Shown here: positions 63,079-64,000 of the stretch, one piece after another | Layout of the letters: the number at the start of each line of letters is the position of its first letter | Position numbering within the stretch: position 1 is the stretch's first letter | Source of the DNA: Phoronis australis | Lineage: Eukaryota > Animalia > Phoronida | Reading direction: 5' to 3' | DNA: 64,000 bases | NCBI GenBank assembly: GCA_002633005.1 | Contig: NMRA01000038.1 | Location: forward strand, 369,745-433,744 | Position numbers and translations under genes: made by a program | Notes under the pieces: model-generated | Databases searched by the model: none | Seen by the model: the letters and a program-made list of their open reading frames with translations, nothing else | Told to the model about the DNA's origin: nothing

Positions 63079-64000
63079 GTAAGTGTTAATTACTTGAACG
63101 GAATTGTAGATCAAAACAAATAAATTCTTTTCATTAAAATGCAGCAGATTTGCAAATTTTGTAAGCACATGCGGTAGGTCCGTCCTTGATTGAACTCGTC
63201 TAGTAGAGATTGAAAAGTACATTGCATGACTGACCAACTCTTTAAAATGTCAAGGACTCCCGAGTTAGTTAACACAGAAATACATTGTGTATGTAATATT
63301 ATTTCATTGGTAAGCATACACTAACTAGTGCGTTTTATCTTAGATTCAGTCAGATTATCTTCACATGTAACCACATGCGGTATTTTCAGACAAATAAAGC
63401 ATGGTATTATCTAGTAATACTGGGCATCAAAGTCAATGCAAAGCAACCATTTCAGATTGAGTTGGAAATTGCTATTTTTGAACGGACTCGCAAAGTGTCG
63501 ATTTCGACAACGTATTGTATGGCAGTTCTAATTGAACCAAGTCGTGGGGGAGTCGATCTCGCTACCTAGTGACTATCCAATACTGATATTTGCCTTTTTT
63601 GCCAATTTCATGATGCAAGCATTGCAGTTGTAATACAAGTTTGCCAGCATTGAAACGATGAATCTCATAATATTAAGATATGAGATAATGACTATTGCAT
63701 TACCATGTGAAAACAAGTGCTTGACACGTGTGTTGCATTGTGGGTAAATACCTAGGAATGAGAGTGGTGTTGTGCTATATCAGGACTGGCCTTTTTATGG
63801 ATTTTTGATTTTCAGTAAATGCTAACTATTGGTCATGGAGTTAACCATTCCAAATTGCTGCGGGCATGATTCCAGTTTAAAAATTGGAGAGTTAAAGATA
63901 TTTTTTCGTGCCTTTGACTTGTAAGTCAACCCCAGCTTTTTGTAGTAATTGGCTCAAGACCTCAGTCCTGTTTTGTCACCTGGAGAAGTCTTGACATTCT

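Overview
AT-rich, intron-rich animal (probably invertebrate) genomic DNA, so most ORFs in the six-frame track are spurious and the genes had to be assembled exon by exon. Four spliced protein-coding genes are supported. NT5E/CD73-like ecto-5'-nucleotidase (minus, 9 exons) is complete, with a signal peptide and GPI tail. LSG1 60S GTPase (plus, 13 exons) and SSU72 CTD phosphatase (minus, 5 coding exons) are complete. WDR33 (plus) is represented by its first 7 coding exons and runs off the window. SSU72 and WDR33, both 3'-end-processing factors, are head-to-head. Main points of interest: (1) an intron-retention/intronic-polyadenylation read-through of WDR33 that would give a truncated protein with a hydrophobic tail; (2) a canonical AT-AC U12 intron in LSG1; (3) a degenerate U12-type intron in SSU72 whose branch point and acceptor are tandemly duplicated; (4) a series of structured, ACA-terminated candidate ncRNAs in LSG1 introns; (5) a triple-nested DNA transposon containing a Kolobok derivative. 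The rest is MITEs, tRNA-derived SINEs, decayed LINE fragments, mini/microsatellites and one probable assembly duplication. All homology calls come from motif recognition by eye, not from database searches.
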